A stretch of 64,000 nt of DNA from Oopsacas minuta. Lineage: Eukaryota; Animalia; Porifera. Where the stretch lies: NCBI GenBank assembly GCA_024704765.1, contig JAKMXF010000041.1, positions 1 through 64,000 on the forward strand. The letters are read 5' to 3'. A model generated the notes under the pieces. That model saw only the letters and a program-made list of their open reading frames with translations. It was not told the DNA's origin and ran no database searches. Positions 38,096 to 53,479 of the stretch are shown here, in pieces. Numbering within the stretch: position 1 is the first letter of the stretch; each line of letters opens with the position of its first letter. Made by a program: the position numbers and the translations under genes.

Positions 38096-39458
38096 ATGGA
38101 TCCGTATTCCAGGCAATATCCACATAAAAATCCTAACTCCTCCACAGGGGAACATAGACAATCCCAATGCCAACCATCTAATAATTTCAACTCCACCTCT
38201 CCTCAACAATATCCCTCAAATTCTACATCTGCTCATCAGCATTACCCCCTGGGTAAGCCCCCTATGGATACAGCCTATGAGTTTAAAGAAGAGCTATTGA
38301 ATGCATTCCTCGAGAAGAAGGAGAAGGAGAAAGAGAAAGAGAAAGAGGGAGTTGACAAGTTGAATAAACGAAAGATTGTATACAGTAATAAGTTGGTAGG
38401 AACGGATGGAACTCAGGAAAATATCCTAATTGAAGATTCCAAGAAAGTTAGTTTCATCTATCTTACTGATCATTGATAATCCCTTCATTATATTCTGCGT
38501 TAAAATTTTCCCAAAATCCACTAACGAATTGTCTAAGAATAATTAAAATAGTTTAAGACACTTCAATGTGACTTAAATAGGAATAATATACAAATTGTAA
38601 ATAGGAATTTCTCCAATTATTAATTTGCATGAAACTCCAGTACAATTGTTCTCCAATTATTCAATGTTTGAAATATTATATAAGATGTTACAGGAAGAGA
38701 ATGATGAACTAGCAAATTATCTACGTGATCAGATCAAGAAACTCACTAGAGCTAATCATAAACTGAGGAAGCAAATAGAGAACAATGCTAAAATGGAGGA
38801 GACCAGGAGGAAACAGCTGGAGGATGAGAAACAAGTGTTGAAGGAGGAACTGGCTATGTCTCGAATGGTATGTGGCTCCCTTCGGGAAGAACTTTCGTTA
38901 TGTCGTGAAAGTACTGCTCCACCACCAAGAGTGAGTACACCAGAATGTGTGAATGTATATATGCTATTATGGACGAGTTTTGTTTAATTTCTTTACTAGA
39001 TTCCGATTGCCACGACTGCAAATAAGACAGAGGTAGCCATTTCTCCTCCTTCCCCTCCGATGACTACCCTTCCCGCTTCCAGGAAGCGGAAGCATTCCGA
39101 TGGCACCCCCCCCACTTCACCTTCAAAACACTGTATGCGTCTGCGCAATTCCCCAAAGTCGCCACCTACTATTGCTGCTAGATGTGTCATAGAGTCCCCC
39201 TTCAAGACTCCTCGTAGATGTTTAAGGAAATCATTACACACCCGCAAACCAAAACAAATAGATTTCAATCCTCAGTCTCCTGGGGGCACTTTTACCTCAC
39301 TATCCGAGCTGTTTGACTACGATGAATTTCTCGTAAGAGAATCCCCTACTAAGAAACAATATAGTCCCCCTTCTATCCCCGTCTTCCTTCCCCGTTCTTC
39401 TCCTATCGCAGAAGATGAAGTCCAATCCCCTTTTTTCTGCGACGAAAAATTTGTTTAA
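38096..39458 (+). CDS. Orphan 3-exon gene model of about 351 aa (38096-38446, 38685-38930, 39000-39458)
   Basis: Two phase-0 GT-AG introns (GTTAGT..AG and GTGAGT..TTTACTAG) join three ORFs in frame: Q/S/P-rich, coiled coil, then RKRK and many SP/TP sites. Confidence 0.6.
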
Positions 39459-40037
39459 CATATTTGAAAAATTTGTTTAATATACTTTACTTTGTTAGCT
39501 AATTAATTAATTCCTTATATGATCCTATGTATTGTCGTTGTGAGCCAGTCTCTAAGAATACTTTGAGACCGATGAGATTGAACTGTGAACTAATATTGTG
39601 TAAATTAGCACAATAACCCAATCCCATAAGACAGGGAGTAGTATTCCTAAAATTGTGCTTAATGGAAGTTATCCTACAAATATTTTGTAATAAAATGAAA
39701 TTTGGATTGTCTTACTTTGCTTACTACCCTTCCCCCTGTAGCATTTTGTAACGTTTATAGTTTGAAGTCGAATATATTACTTGATTATAAGCGGAGTATC
39801 TGTTTATCTGTTGTAGGTATAGTATATTTTCTTTACTAGATTCCGATTCCAACGATTTCAATAAGTCCTGAGGCAACCAATTCTCCTCCTCCCCCTCTGA
39901 TTGCAACCCAATCAACTTCTAGAAAGCGGAAGCATGCTTGTGACACCCCTCCCACTTCACCATCAAAGCACTTCCTGTGTCTACGTTCCTATAGGCGCCA
40001 GAAGGGTGACTAGCTAGACTACAGGCCGAAATCTCAT

Positions 40038-40955
40038 TTGTGGAAAGAGAGAACACAATTCCTGTTATGGTCTCCTGAGGCTCTTCAGGCGTGGGTAAAG
40101 GTGGAGCAGTGGTTTACCGGAGTCAGTGGGAGATGCAGTCAGTTTGCAATGCAAAACAGTTCCTATGCTCCTGTCAATGGGAAAGTGGGACTACGAACAA
40201 TAACTGGGAATACTACAACCTCTCCTGAGACTCAACCCCATGAATGCTGTCCAAGATAGGGCAGCTCTCTCTAAAGCTAGTGCACCTTGTCTCTACCCCA
40301 CCTACAGAGCTGTTGACTACGAATAGATACCTTCTCATTGGCTGCCTTCTCTGGGTCTAACTCAGTACAGCAATATTCTCAGGTTTGTTGTTATTTACTT
40401 GTTAGTTAACACGTGTATTTGTTGTTATTTATTTTCCTATTATTTCTAGACAATCCTGTGTAGACGGAATGGTGCTAGAACATCTGTCTAAGAAGGAACT
40501 AAGTACCAGTTTAGGAATGGTTGAGAGTTCTCACAGGAATCGTCTCCAGTAGGCAATGTTGCTCTCCGTTCCCTCAACTATGAGAGGAATATTCTAGAAA
40601 ACAAGCAGAGACAATCATTCACGGACAGGACAAACCTACCCTTCTGGTCCAATAGACAGATTTCCTTATGGTTACATCCCATTGATCTTGGTGGTTACAC
40701 TGGTAACATTGAGTCCAGAGGTCTCCACGGAGCTGTCCTATATTTTGATAACTCATATGATTATCATAAAATGTTAGTACTCTACAAATTCCTCAGAATG
40801 TTTCTGTTGCTAGGAAACTCCTTGAGGCGTCACTTAACGATTTAGTGTCTCAACAGGAATCCTCCAATTCTGACAAGAAAGCCAAGAGGACGAGCTTTGC
40901 TCTATTCTGGCGGAAGAGCGACGCAGTGAGTCCAAGAATGTCTTCAAGAGCCTGA
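40038..40955 (+). pseudogene. Liprin-alpha-like SAM-domain fragment, copy 2
   Basis: HWLPSLGLTQY, CVDG.VLEHLSKKEL, SLNYERNILE, WSNRQISLWL; one GT-AG intron; stops and frameshifts. Confidence 0.8.
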
Positions 40956-41157
40956 GAGTCCCGACTCCCATACTCCTTAGCCCTAGGAGGGGCGATAAGA
41001 CTACGATGAGACTAACCCGGTCAAATTATATTGCTAGCTTTTATATAAATAAATGAAGTGATTTGTTGGATAATAATTTGGTAAATACAAACATTTTATT
41101 TTGTATTTTTCCCTAACTTTCCTTTCTTAGTTTCCGTCTTTACAAATCGTGTATAGN

Positions 41158-42500
<1,343 letters not shown>

Positions 42501-43178
42501 NATAGTCCCCCTTCTATCCCCGTCTTCCTTCCCCGTTCTTCTCCTATCGCAGAAGATGAAGTCCAATCCCCTTTCTTCTGCGACGAAAAATTTGTTTAAC
42601 ATATTTGAAAAATTTGTTTAATATACTTTACTTTGTTAGCTAATTAATTAATTCCTTATATAATCCTATGTATTGTCGTTGTGAGCCAGTCTCTAAGAAT
42701 ACTTTGAGACCGATGAGATTGAACTGTGAACTAATATTGTGTAAATTAGCACAATAACCCAATCCCATAAGACAGGGAGTAGTATTCCTAAAATTGTGCT
42801 TAATGGAAGTTATCCTACAAATATTTTGTAATAAAATGAAATTTGGATTGTCTTACTTTGCTTACTACCCTTCCCCCTGTAGCATTGTGTAACGTTTATA
42901 GTTTGAAGTCGAATATATTACTTGATTATAAGCGGAGTATCTGTTTATCTGTTGTAGGTATAGTATATTTTCTTTACTAGATTCCGATTCGAACGATTTC
43001 AATAAGTCCTGAGGCAACCAATTCTCCTCCTCCCCCTCTGATTGCAACCCAATCAACTTCTAGAAAGCGGAAGCATGCTTGTGACACCCCACCCACTTCA
43101 CCATCAAAGCACTTCCTGTGTCTACGTTCCTATAGGCGCCAGAAGTGTGACTAGCTAGACTACAGGCCGAAATCTCAT

Positions 43179-44080
43179 TTGTGGGAAGAGAGAACACAAT
43201 TCCTGTTATGGTCTCCTGAGGCTCTTCAGGCGTGGGTAAAGGTGGAGCAGTGGTTTACCGGAGTCAGTGGGAGATGCAAAACAGTTCCTATGCTCCTGTC
43301 AATGGGAAAGTGGGACTACGAACAAGAACTGGGAATACTACAGCCTCTCCAGAGACTCAACCCCATGAATGCTGTCCAAGATAGGGCAGCTCTCTCTAAA
43401 GCTAGTGCACCTTGTCTCTACCCCACCTACAGAGCTGTTGACTACGAATAGATAGCTTCTCATTGACTGCCTTCTCTGGGTCTAACTCAGTACAGCAATA
43501 TTTTCAGGTTTGTTGTTATTTACTTGTTAGTTAACACGTGTATTTGTTGTTATTTATTTTCCTATTATTTCTCGACAATGCTGTGTAGACGGAAAGGTGC
43601 TAGAACATCTGTCTAAGAAGGAACTAAGTACCAGTTTAGGAATGGCTGAGAGTTCTCCCAGGAATAGTCTCCAGTGGGCAATGTTGTTCTCCGTTCCCTC
43701 AACTATGAGAGGAATATTCTAGAAAACAAGCAGAGACAATCATTCACGGACAGGACAGACCTACCCTTCTGGTCCAATAGACAGATTTCCTTATGGTTAC
43801 ATCCCATTGATCTGGGTGGTTACACTGGTAACATTGAGTCCAGAGGTCTCCACGGAGCTGTCCTATATTTTGATAACTCATATGATTATCATAAAATGTT
43901 AGTACTCTACAATTTCCTCAGAATGTTTCTGTTGCTAGGAAACTCCTTAAGGCGTCACTTAACGATTTAGTGTCTCAACAGGAATCCTCCAATTCTGACA
44001 AGAAAGCCAAGAGGAAGAGCTTTGCTCTATTCTGGCGGAAGAGCGACGCAGTGAGTCCAAGAATGTCTTCAAGAGCCTGA
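43179..44080 (+). pseudogene. Liprin-alpha-like SAM-domain fragment, copy 3
   Basis: Colinear with copy 2; Trp codons replaced by stops. Confidence 0.8.
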
Positions 44081-44718
44081 GAGTCCCGACTCCCATACTC
44101 CCTAGCCCTAGGAGGCACGATAAGACTACGATAAGACTTACCCGGTCAAATTATATTGCTAGCTTTTGTATATATAAATGAAGTGATTTGTTGAATACTA
44201 ATTTGGTAAATACAAACATTTTATTTGTATTTTTCCCTAAATTTCCTTTCTTAGTTTCCGTCTTTACAAATCGTGTATAGGTGAGAAAATTTGTAGCATT
44301 GTGGCGGACATCATTATTCAATTAATACATATCCATGGTTCTTATAACTGGCATACAATAGATGCCCCTGGTACCTGTATCCACTACTACCGGTATCCAC
44401 TGCTATCTGTATCCACTGGTACCGGTATTCACTGCTACCTGCATCCACTGCTACCTGTATCCATTGCTATCTGTATCCACTGCTACCGCTATCCATTGCT
44501 ACCTGTGTCCATTGTTACCTGTATCCACTCCTACCTGTATCCACTGCTACCTGTATCCATTGTTACCTGTATCCACTCCTACCTGTATCCACTGCTGTCT
44601 GTATCCACTGTTACCTGTATTATTCTCTCCAATATTCAACAAGGTCCGCAGTGGCTGAGTCGCGATTACTCGTTATAACATTTCAATTCGCTATTTACAC
44701 TCTTTCTTGTATTGTTAG

Positions 44719-45000
44719 TTGGTTGGTAGTATGGACGCTCATCCTAGTCCTTACAGTGCTTCAGTCCTTGTACAGCAACACAGACAAGAGATAATAGCAG
44801 AGTTAGCTGCTATGGTCCGAGATCTATTGATTTAATCAAGAATTGAGAGCCGTAAGGGAAGCTTGTAGTAAACTAGAAGCTGACTACAAGCCTGGATTTA
44901 CATTCGTTATCGTCCAGAAGAGATACCACACCCGTCCGTTCTGTCCAGAGAAGGAAGATCAATGTGGTAAATCTGGTAACATCCCAGCTGGTACTACAGT
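44719..45000 (+). pseudogene. AGO: Second Argonaute PIWI fragment with internal deletion
   Basis: Same exons fused by loss of the segment equivalent to 36093-36556; ends at AGTT. Confidence 0.95.
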
Positions 45001-46073
45001 GCTTATCTGGCATCTAGGTGCTCATTAGTTCTTTTCCCTATTGTCAACCCCCTTAGTCTGTAACCTTGCTTTACACAGAATATTTGAAAGATAGCTGTAG
45101 TCCACATCCGATAATCTATACTATTATTTGAATTATTAGCAATGAGCACACCTCGTCTCCCTCACCAGACTACCATTCTGCTTTATCGATGCCAATTATA
45201 CATGCGGACTATTGGTCCCTACACAAAGAGAACTCTGACTTACGAATCAATTTGGGATGAATGACCAGTAAGTTTAAGCATTATTTTGATGGATTCTATT
45301 TTGACATTTTGTACTAATATTTAGGACAGAGGAATATATGGCAGGCTCGGGCCGAAAAAGCTGAAGAGGCCCAGTCCCATAACTGCCTGAAGGGCCATCC
45401 TTATGGTAGTTGTGGGCTGGACTATAGCGAAATAGTTCGCTACGGAGGCAGGGGCAGAGGCGACAGGGCAGAAACCAAACGAAAGAAATATCGTGGGTTC
45501 CGTTTATATATACACAATTCTGAATATCCTCTATGAAACCTGAGATTTGTATAACTAGTCAATATTGTATTTGAACTGACATAGTGATGTAGAGACTCTT
45601 ATTAGCAAATACTAAAAGTTGTAAAAACATCTGAAAAAGCCTTTTTGAAAAGTGATAAGACGTTAATGACGTCACATAAGTAAATTCTGCAACATTTTCA
45701 GATATTTGTTAGATATATGAATAACCATATTTTTAGGTGTTTCCAAATTATACATATATTAGTTCATTTCCATATAGATAAGCCTCTATATGTACCCCTC
45801 TGGAACCAGAATTAGCTTCTAATTTTTCATTTTCATTTTCATTCATTCTTTTATTCAATTTTCCTTGCATCACTTTATCCATTTTTGCTAGAGGTTTGAT
45901 TTCTAAAATCTCCAACACATCTTATGAAAGTTTGAGAATGTATTAGTTATGTAATGACAGAGTCTCAAACCCTTAAGGTTGTACATTATCATTTGGGGTC
46001 ATTTCCAGAAAATTGAAATCCCATTTTTAATCCAATATACCCCATTTTATCTAATCTACTATACAAGTCTAAT

Positions 46074-47472
46074 TTGGTTGACTTCATTGTTATTCGTATT
46101 TTTGCCCAGATTGCTGATGCATTGTGCCAATACTATTTGAGCGAACAATGCTTGATTTCAATACAATCCAACACTGATACAGTTCAAAGTAGACAATTCA
46201 TGCTAGAAGATCAAATACTTCCTCCTCTCTTAAACCGAGGTAACATACCTCCTCTTAACTTCTCCCCCGATTTTGAAAGTACAGACTCACCACTATGAAT
46301 CGCTCCTATTGGGAAGTCATACGTGATCAAATCCCTCACAACAATTGGTTTTGCATGGTCTTTCTTCAATTTTCTTATTCAAATATTCTTAGCTGTAGGT
46401 TTTATTTTATGCATTCTAGCTAGTAAGAAGCTTGAGTTCAGTTTTGTTCTTAGTGCAGCTCCTGTAGGGAGGTATTTTGCGTTACCATAGAACAGCTGGC
46501 CACATCCACTCCTACGTATTATTTTAGCGGGATACGCTGGACTGCCGGGATATGACATATTAGTTATAGTATTAGTCTGATCTACTCTAAAATTGAATAT
46601 AACTTAGCACTATGAGTATACGAGGCTACCTTAATCATCTTTCACCACTCAGTGACTGTAAGAAGTTAGAGAAAGATCAATTAAAATATTGTACCAAACA
46701 CTCAGGGAAATGGGGAATGGATGTGATGAAGAAGAAAGCAAAAGAATTCCAGACTCAATATGCTTCATTATTTGATGAACTTGAAAATATTTGGATGTCG
46801 GCTGTTGTAGAGAATTCAGAGATCATTATGGTAAGATTTTGTTGATTCATTCTAAAGAAGATTCGACTTGAATAATTTCGAAGATTCATTGTCTACTATC
46901 CAAGAATTGTAGGATTTGTATATAGAAGCAAGACTGCTGAATTATGTGAATCAACTCGAATTTGTATTTATATGTGACAAGCTACAATTCGAACTAAACA
47001 AGGCAAGAGAATTTCTCTCACAATACGAATGCAATAAATACCAAGAATACAAGATTATGAGTGAACACAGAAAGGATATTCATATTTTCAAGTCACTGGA
47101 TTGACTCACGCGTCAGGAAAAAAGTAAACTCCTTGCTTACATCAAAAAGTTGAATACACTTTGCTTTTCAGAAGACGATGATAGTTTATATGGTGATGAA
47201 GAGGTTAATATTATCACCAGGAAAATTGGCATTCAACTTCTACGAATAGTTGAAAATGATTTGAAATATTTCACAGATCTACAGACAGCAGTTATTGAAT
47301 GCTATGAACAAGGAATTGAACAGTGGAAGAAGTTTCTAAGAGAAGTTGGAAATTTTGATGACAGAGCATCCCCCCTCAGGTTGCGACTGAGGCTGAGAAT
47401 GTGACAGATAGGACGTTTACTCTGTCAGATTGTGATGGACTGTTCATTGAGAGACATAAGTATATTGAGAGT
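46074..47472 (+). pseudogene. Unidentified degenerate host-gene-like exons; 47343-47472 duplicated at 27174-27303
   Basis: Protein-like short frames bounded by GT donors (46238, 46830) and interrupted by stops; no family recognised. Confidence 0.35.
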
Positions 47473-47712
47473 CATTCCTGTACAGCTTCGCAATCGCAAT
47501 CCTTAATGAAACAATGATCGCCGACCGTCGCCAGATCGTCAAAAAGTATCGCGATCGTGATCGAGCGATCCTAATGCCCTACATGTAATCTTATTTACTT
47601 ATATTGTTGTTTACTTTCGGACTATGGCACCTTTAGTCCTTCATTTAGACCCTTACCTCTCTTTTTTTGGTTTCTAAATGTGTCTCCTTATTTAGGACTA
47701 GGATTCCTAATA

Positions 47713-48010
47713 ATGGCTCCTAATGTGTGGGCGGATAAATACAATATCAAGGGACACTGGGGCTATACCACATCTACTCTAGACTGGTGTGAGGAGAACT
47801 ATATCGTGTTATTTTATGTCGCAGAGTTCTGGAATACAATTAGCAATGTTTTATTAGTTATTCTTCCGTTATGTTTAATATATTCATAGTATATACAGAA
47901 ATTTGCCTTTATTCACATTCTGGCTGTATTCTCAGTATTTACTGTTGGAATAGGTTCTGTTCTCTTTCATGGCACTCTCCTCTATCATATGCAAATGATG
48001 GAACATGGTT
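47713..48010 (+). pseudogene. ACER3: Alkaline ceramidase (ACER3-like) 5' fragment
   Basis: [27 protein letters not shown]...VGIGSVLFHGTLLY.MQ; in-frame TAG at 47887. Confidence 0.9.
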
Positions 48011-48189
48011 ACATGTGTATTAATTTACAATATTTTCGAATAGAGCAATATAATAAATAAGTATGTTCTATATATATTGATAACAAACTTGATGCTATAC
48101 AAACAGACAGCAATTTCCAAATTTTTATTTATTCACAATTAAGGTAGTATACGTATACTCATGACTTATAGTGGTGTGAATAGAAGCAC

Positions 48190-48933
48190 CTCTGGTCTCA
48201 CGGCAGAAGACAATTACTATGGAGAAGGACAGGAGGCATATCAATCTGAGCTGAGACAGAGTAGCATATCACCTGAGGTATCTGAATTTCTTTACAACAC
48301 AAGAGGAAGTACAAGATAAACAGAGGAAAGGAGAGCTATCTCGTCTCTATGATAACTACTTCTACCTATCTGATAAGTACTATCAGTTGTATCGCTGGCC
48401 GACAGTGGAGGAGGTGAGCAGACACCTGAACATAGACAGTGAAATAGAGGGATGGCAGATATCTGTGAGTACAATATATACTCTACAACATAAATATTTA
48501 TTATCTTATTTATTATCTTAGATATTTAGACGTCTCTATTGAGAAGTTTTCATAAGACACTCCGCTGGAGTTAAGTGAGTCTAAAGCTCCTGCTCCTTTC
48601 TCCTACAGTGGCTATTGTGACAGTATGGATATATACCTGGGTTTATTCAATCTGCTACTGAATGAATGTAAAGAGCCACTTAATTTCGATCTACCTAGTC
48701 AATGGATATGGGATGTCATTAACGGATTCCTCAAGCATCATGAAAGCTATTTGATTTGGCGCTCTCAGGTAAAAAAGCGTTCCCTCAAAGAGAGACAACT
48801 GCTACGAGACTCAGACAACCTCTGGACGGTTGAGCTAGTATTGAATGCACTCAATACTCTCATTAAATTCTCTAATATAAATGAACAGCTGTAGGCATGT
48901 CATAAGACGAAAGATCCAGAAGCAGCTAAAGAG
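48190..48933 (+). pseudogene. EIF3L: eIF3 subunit L 5' fragment
   Basis: LFNLLLN...LPSQWIWDVI..F...W.VELVLNAL..L...SNINEQL; exon 48522-48933 with in-frame stops at 48553 and 48892. Confidence 0.75.
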
Positions 48934-49148
48934 GTAAGTATTTATCTATTTATTGTTCCATAACCTCTCTAATACAGTTAACTCACGTTATGTCAAACAC
49001 GGATATATCGAATACCCGCTGATAGCGAAGTCTGAAAACAAATATGGTCCAAAACCGTCAAAGTAAGATAAAATTCCATAGGTTATTCATTTATATCGAA
49101 CTCCGCTATCGAAGTAAACATCGCTGTACCTTGAGCTTCGATATAGAG

Positions 49149-51484
49149 CAGTGTTTCTCAAAGTTTTTTCGGACAGCGCCCCTTGTCAACAATATTCCCT
49201 CGATACCGCCCCCCTCCAGAAAGTCTAAATCTTTTTACTACACTCGTATTTGTTAATGATAATAAGTAATATTTATCAATTAATGAGGAGGGTGTACTTG
49301 AGCGTGATGTTCGTCGATAATCCCATTTATATCTGGTTTCATATCAGTGAGCAGCAATCTCAAATCTCCGCATTGAGAAATATCGAGTCTGTTTCTTTGC
49401 TTCGTTAGTAATTGAACGACTGCACTAAAACCTCTCTCAACGAGATATGATGTCGGAAACGCCAGAACTAGCAGTTTTGCTACTTTCCACAAATTGGGAA
49501 ATTTATTTCGTCCTGCGATTGCAATCCAAAATCTTTCATGCCCCATCATTCTAAAATGAGCTTTTTCCTCGCAATCACTTTGCAAGTCCATCAACTCTTC
49601 CTGCAAATAGAGTGGAACTGTTGGGGCAGCCACACAGAAAGGGTCAATTAGCCAATGAGGCGGTTCAAGTTCCAACAAGTCAGTGAATCGCTTGATCATA
49701 TCCGCTTTCAGTACTTCAAGATGTTCACAATATGCTAGCAAATCGTCATCTGAAATTTGGAGTCCTGCTAGGTGAGGGAACTGGTAAAATTCTCGTCGAG
49801 CGATATTTTGTTTAAATAACGTTAGTTTCCCTATGAAGGAGCTGACAACAGTTTTACACTTGACCAGAGTGACTAAATTTCCTTGTAGTTGCAAGTTGAT
49901 TGCGTTGAACTTATCAAAAATGTCAGTCAAGTAAGCTACATCTGATTTGGCTGCACTGACAAGCTGCATTAACTGCGGGTTCTCTTCCTCTAAAAATTCT
50001 AAAATCGTGTCGAAAAGACTGTAGAACCGACTGGGACACTTTCCTTTTGAGAGCCACCTCACTTCTGTGTGCAAAAGCAGACGTTCAAATTCAGTTTCGT
50101 TTTCGTGACATATTTGGCGAAATATTCTTTCCTTGACTGCGGAAGCTTTGATTTTATTAATAACAGTAATGACGATATGCAATGAGTTGTGCAAGCGACC
50201 ACTTAGATGTTTTGCTACCAAATGTTCTCGATGGACGACGCAGTGAATAGCGAAAACCTCAGGCACAGCATTTTTCAAGTACGAAATGAAACCACGATGC
50301 CTACCAACCATAGCTGGCGCCCCATCTGTTGCACAAGCAATGATATTATTCATGGGAATTTCCTTTTCCTGAAAGAAATTTTCCACGACTTTGTAGATAG
50401 ATTCACCTTTTGTATCAGTTACTAGTGGTCTAGCAAACAACATTTCTTCAACCATTATTCCTTTGAGAATATATCGGACATATGCAAGGAGCAGTGCTTC
50501 GTTACCTGGCAATGTGGATTCGTCAATTTGAAGAGAAAATTCCGTTGTTTTGAGTATACTGTATAGTGTATAGTGTTTTCTCAACATCACTAGCCATCAA
50601 ATTTATTCTCCTAGCCACAGTATCATTGCTTAACGGAATGGACTTAATCACACTTCGCCCATCTGAATGCATAACAGTTGTAACTGCTTCCTGGATTGCA
50701 GGTAAAATGAGGTTTTCACCCATTGTATGTGGCTTACCAGATTTTGCAATTAGTAACGAAATGTTATAGGAGGCAACCAAACCATCAATGTTTTGTCTAT
50801 CTATTTTTCCAAATATTCCGCCCATTGTTTTTCGGCTGTCTCTCATTTTAATGAAGAATTGCACATCTTTCTCTACCTTATCACTGTGGCGCGATTTCAG
50901 ATGATCAATCATTCTTGCCGGCTTCATTCCCTCATTAGAAAATACTTGTTCGCACAACAAACACATTGGGAGTTGTTCATTGGAAGGAGATTTAACAAAT
51001 CCGTATTTGATATAATCAGCACTATACTGTCTACACTTCTTTTTACTATTCATTTCTTCGATCGAGTTTATCAATTCCTTTCGGTTTAGATTTCTACGTA
51101 TGTATTTATATTGAAATTAAACAGATTACTAACTATTACGAAGTTTACATTTGTTTGAAGAACAATGATAATTATTATTTCGATTAGGAAAGCCATAGAC
51201 ATTTTAACAAAAGAATTCTTCATTTATTTTTAAGGATTAGCTGTTGTTAATAATCACCAAGAGTATTACCACTGTAAATGGCTTTGATAATTGAAGTATT
51301 TGCTAGCACCTATTGTTAATGAATAATGAGGAATATGATACCACTTTTTTTGACCTGAGGTCGTATCTCTGTTTCGCTTTCTATAACCCACAGCGCCCCC
51401 CCAGCACCCCCTTGCTGCGTGGCCGCCCCCTACAACCCTTCAGCGCCCCCCAGGGGGCTCTACGGCCCACTTTGAGAAACACTG
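49149..51484 (-). mobile_element. Full-length Buster/Charlie hAT (copy 2, 2336 bp)
   Basis: Both TIRs CAGTGTTTCTCAAA; ATG at 51053, stop at 49280; a 7-bp tandem duplication near 50565 shifts the frame; flanks ATATAGAG / ATGTAGAC match 6/8. Confidence 0.97.
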
Positions 51485-52381
51485 ATGTAGACTATTAGAA
51501 AGAAGTTTCTTCAACAGTTCTACTCGAGGTAATGCAATAGCACCAGATTTTCGTAGCATTCTATACGCAGCTGGTGAAATGTTATGAAGTTCAGCAGCAA
51601 GAACATAAAGATTTCTATCAAAACGACGGGCTTTTGGTGCAGTAAGTAACAACCAGAGCTGAGCATACAAAAATTGATAATGGGGAAGTTCAGAGCAACA
51701 TATACGACCCAATTCCTCAAGGGCACTTTTCACTTAGTCTGTGTCTTTGAATTCGTACTCTGGAATACTCGTTAAAATGCTATTGAATTGTGACCATTTG
51801 CTGATGAGGCTATTCTTCTGTAGGAAACCAGATTTGGAAAAATACGATTTGGGTATTTCCTTTCCATTTTTCTCAACACATTTAAGGAATCAAAATCCAA
51901 ATGGTGATTTCACAAGTTGTAAATGTAGAAACTGGACGACTGAACGTCCTTGTGCGTCAGTTTTGGACATGTAAACATCATCACCATCATGAATAATAAG
52001 ATGATTTTGGAGAGAGGCTGTTGGATGACTGTACAAACAGAATCAAAGTCACCAATTTGATCAGAGCGTTAGTTCTAAGGTCTTCATTTCTGACACGTAC
52101 TTCTGCCGAAGAACTTGCTTTAAACAGGACTTTGGGACACCAGGAAAAATGGATGGAGGTTGGCTAGGTCGTTTACCACCTTTAACTGTGACCCATTCAC
52201 AGTCAAAATGATGGTAACAAGCATATATTTGGCTGAGTTGTAACAGACTGGAGCGTTCATTTGGCATAGCATCAATCCAACCATCTCGCTCATCTTCATC
52301 ACTTGGAAATGGTACTACTTTTGTGTATGGTTCACACCTGTAATTTCCACGACATCCAAGTACGTTACGCTTCTTAGGCAT
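51485..52381 (-). mobile_element. THAP-domain / P-element-like (THAP9-type) transposase 5' fragment
   Basis: LGC..NY...FP.D...W...ACYHHF...PPSIF (THAP domain) followed by LAAELHNISPAAYRMLRKSGAIALP; cut at the Buster TIR. Confidence 0.8.
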
Positions 52382-52817
52382 TATAAAGTAAATACCAACA
52401 CCACCTTTCAAATGCAGTTGTAAATTGGATGATTCCCAGCACCAGAAATGCTAGTAAAGCTACAATACAAACCTGAAAAAAAAACATAATACAGCAGCAT
52501 GAGCTACGGACAGCGTCAGGTGACGCCAGGTGACGCCAGGAGCGGCGATAAAGCGAAAGCTTTCCATGACCTGTCATGTTTATTACGCAATGACGTCATT
52601 GCGTCATGATACAGTGGGACCCAAGTTCAGTAATCTGAGATTGCCAGATACTAGTCCTTCTATTTAAGGAGTCTATGCCCTGTATGTAAAATGTATTGGG
52701 TTAATTCAAAATGAAAAAATGAAAAATATTAACTCATCATCGCTAGTACTGTAGGGTAGTCCTCCTACAAACATTTTTGAAGTGTCTTTGATAAATGGTT
52801 TCGATTTGTAAAAACCA

Positions 52818-53096
52818 TAGAATTATCACTTAATTCATATCCAAGTTCTAAAGAGATACATAACATATCTATGCAGAAATCGTTTCCACTTATGAACGGT
52901 ATCGTGGGGGCCTGAAGGAATGTGAAACACTGCAACATCAGTATGATCATGCTAGTATCCAGTGGTACATTAGTGGTGTTGCAGTGTTTCACATTCCTTC
53001 AGGGCCCCAAGATACCGTTCATAAGTGGAAACGATTTCTGCATAGATATGTTATGTATCTCTTTAGAACTTGGATATGAATTAAGTGATAATTCTA
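52818..53096. repeat. Long palindrome, 120-bp arms, 39-bp spacer
   Basis: 52818-52937 is the reverse complement of 52977-53096 with 2 mismatches. Confidence 0.95.
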
Positions 53097-53479
53097 CGAT
53101 TGAGGATTAATTTATCATTACGTAATTATGAATTATATTATAGATCTTCACACAATGAAAACACTTTGGTTTCTGCTAAGCACTTTGATTCTGATGATAT
53201 AGTTGACAAAGCAAACTTATCTTAAAATTGATGGTCAAACGAAGATACGATCAATAGAGGCTACATTGAAGAAATGTCCAATTCCTAATTATCTTCCTGA
53301 TTACCCTGATCGTCTTAAAGATCACGCTATTAAATATCCAAGGCTTGATAGAGACAATTAGATCGTGATTACAGATCCAAGTATGTCAAGTTGTGTCAAA
53401 TATTCGACTTGTAGTATTATATGTTTTATGGTATTGTACTATATAGGCAACTAAACAGTGCGTTGATGGATATGAAGCA

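Noticed and set aside
49141-51492. ATATAGAG / ATGTAGAC as a true TSD for Buster copy 2
   Set aside because: Only 6/8 match for a very young element, and the two flanks belong to unrelated truncated elements; it may just reflect the nnnTAnnn target preference.
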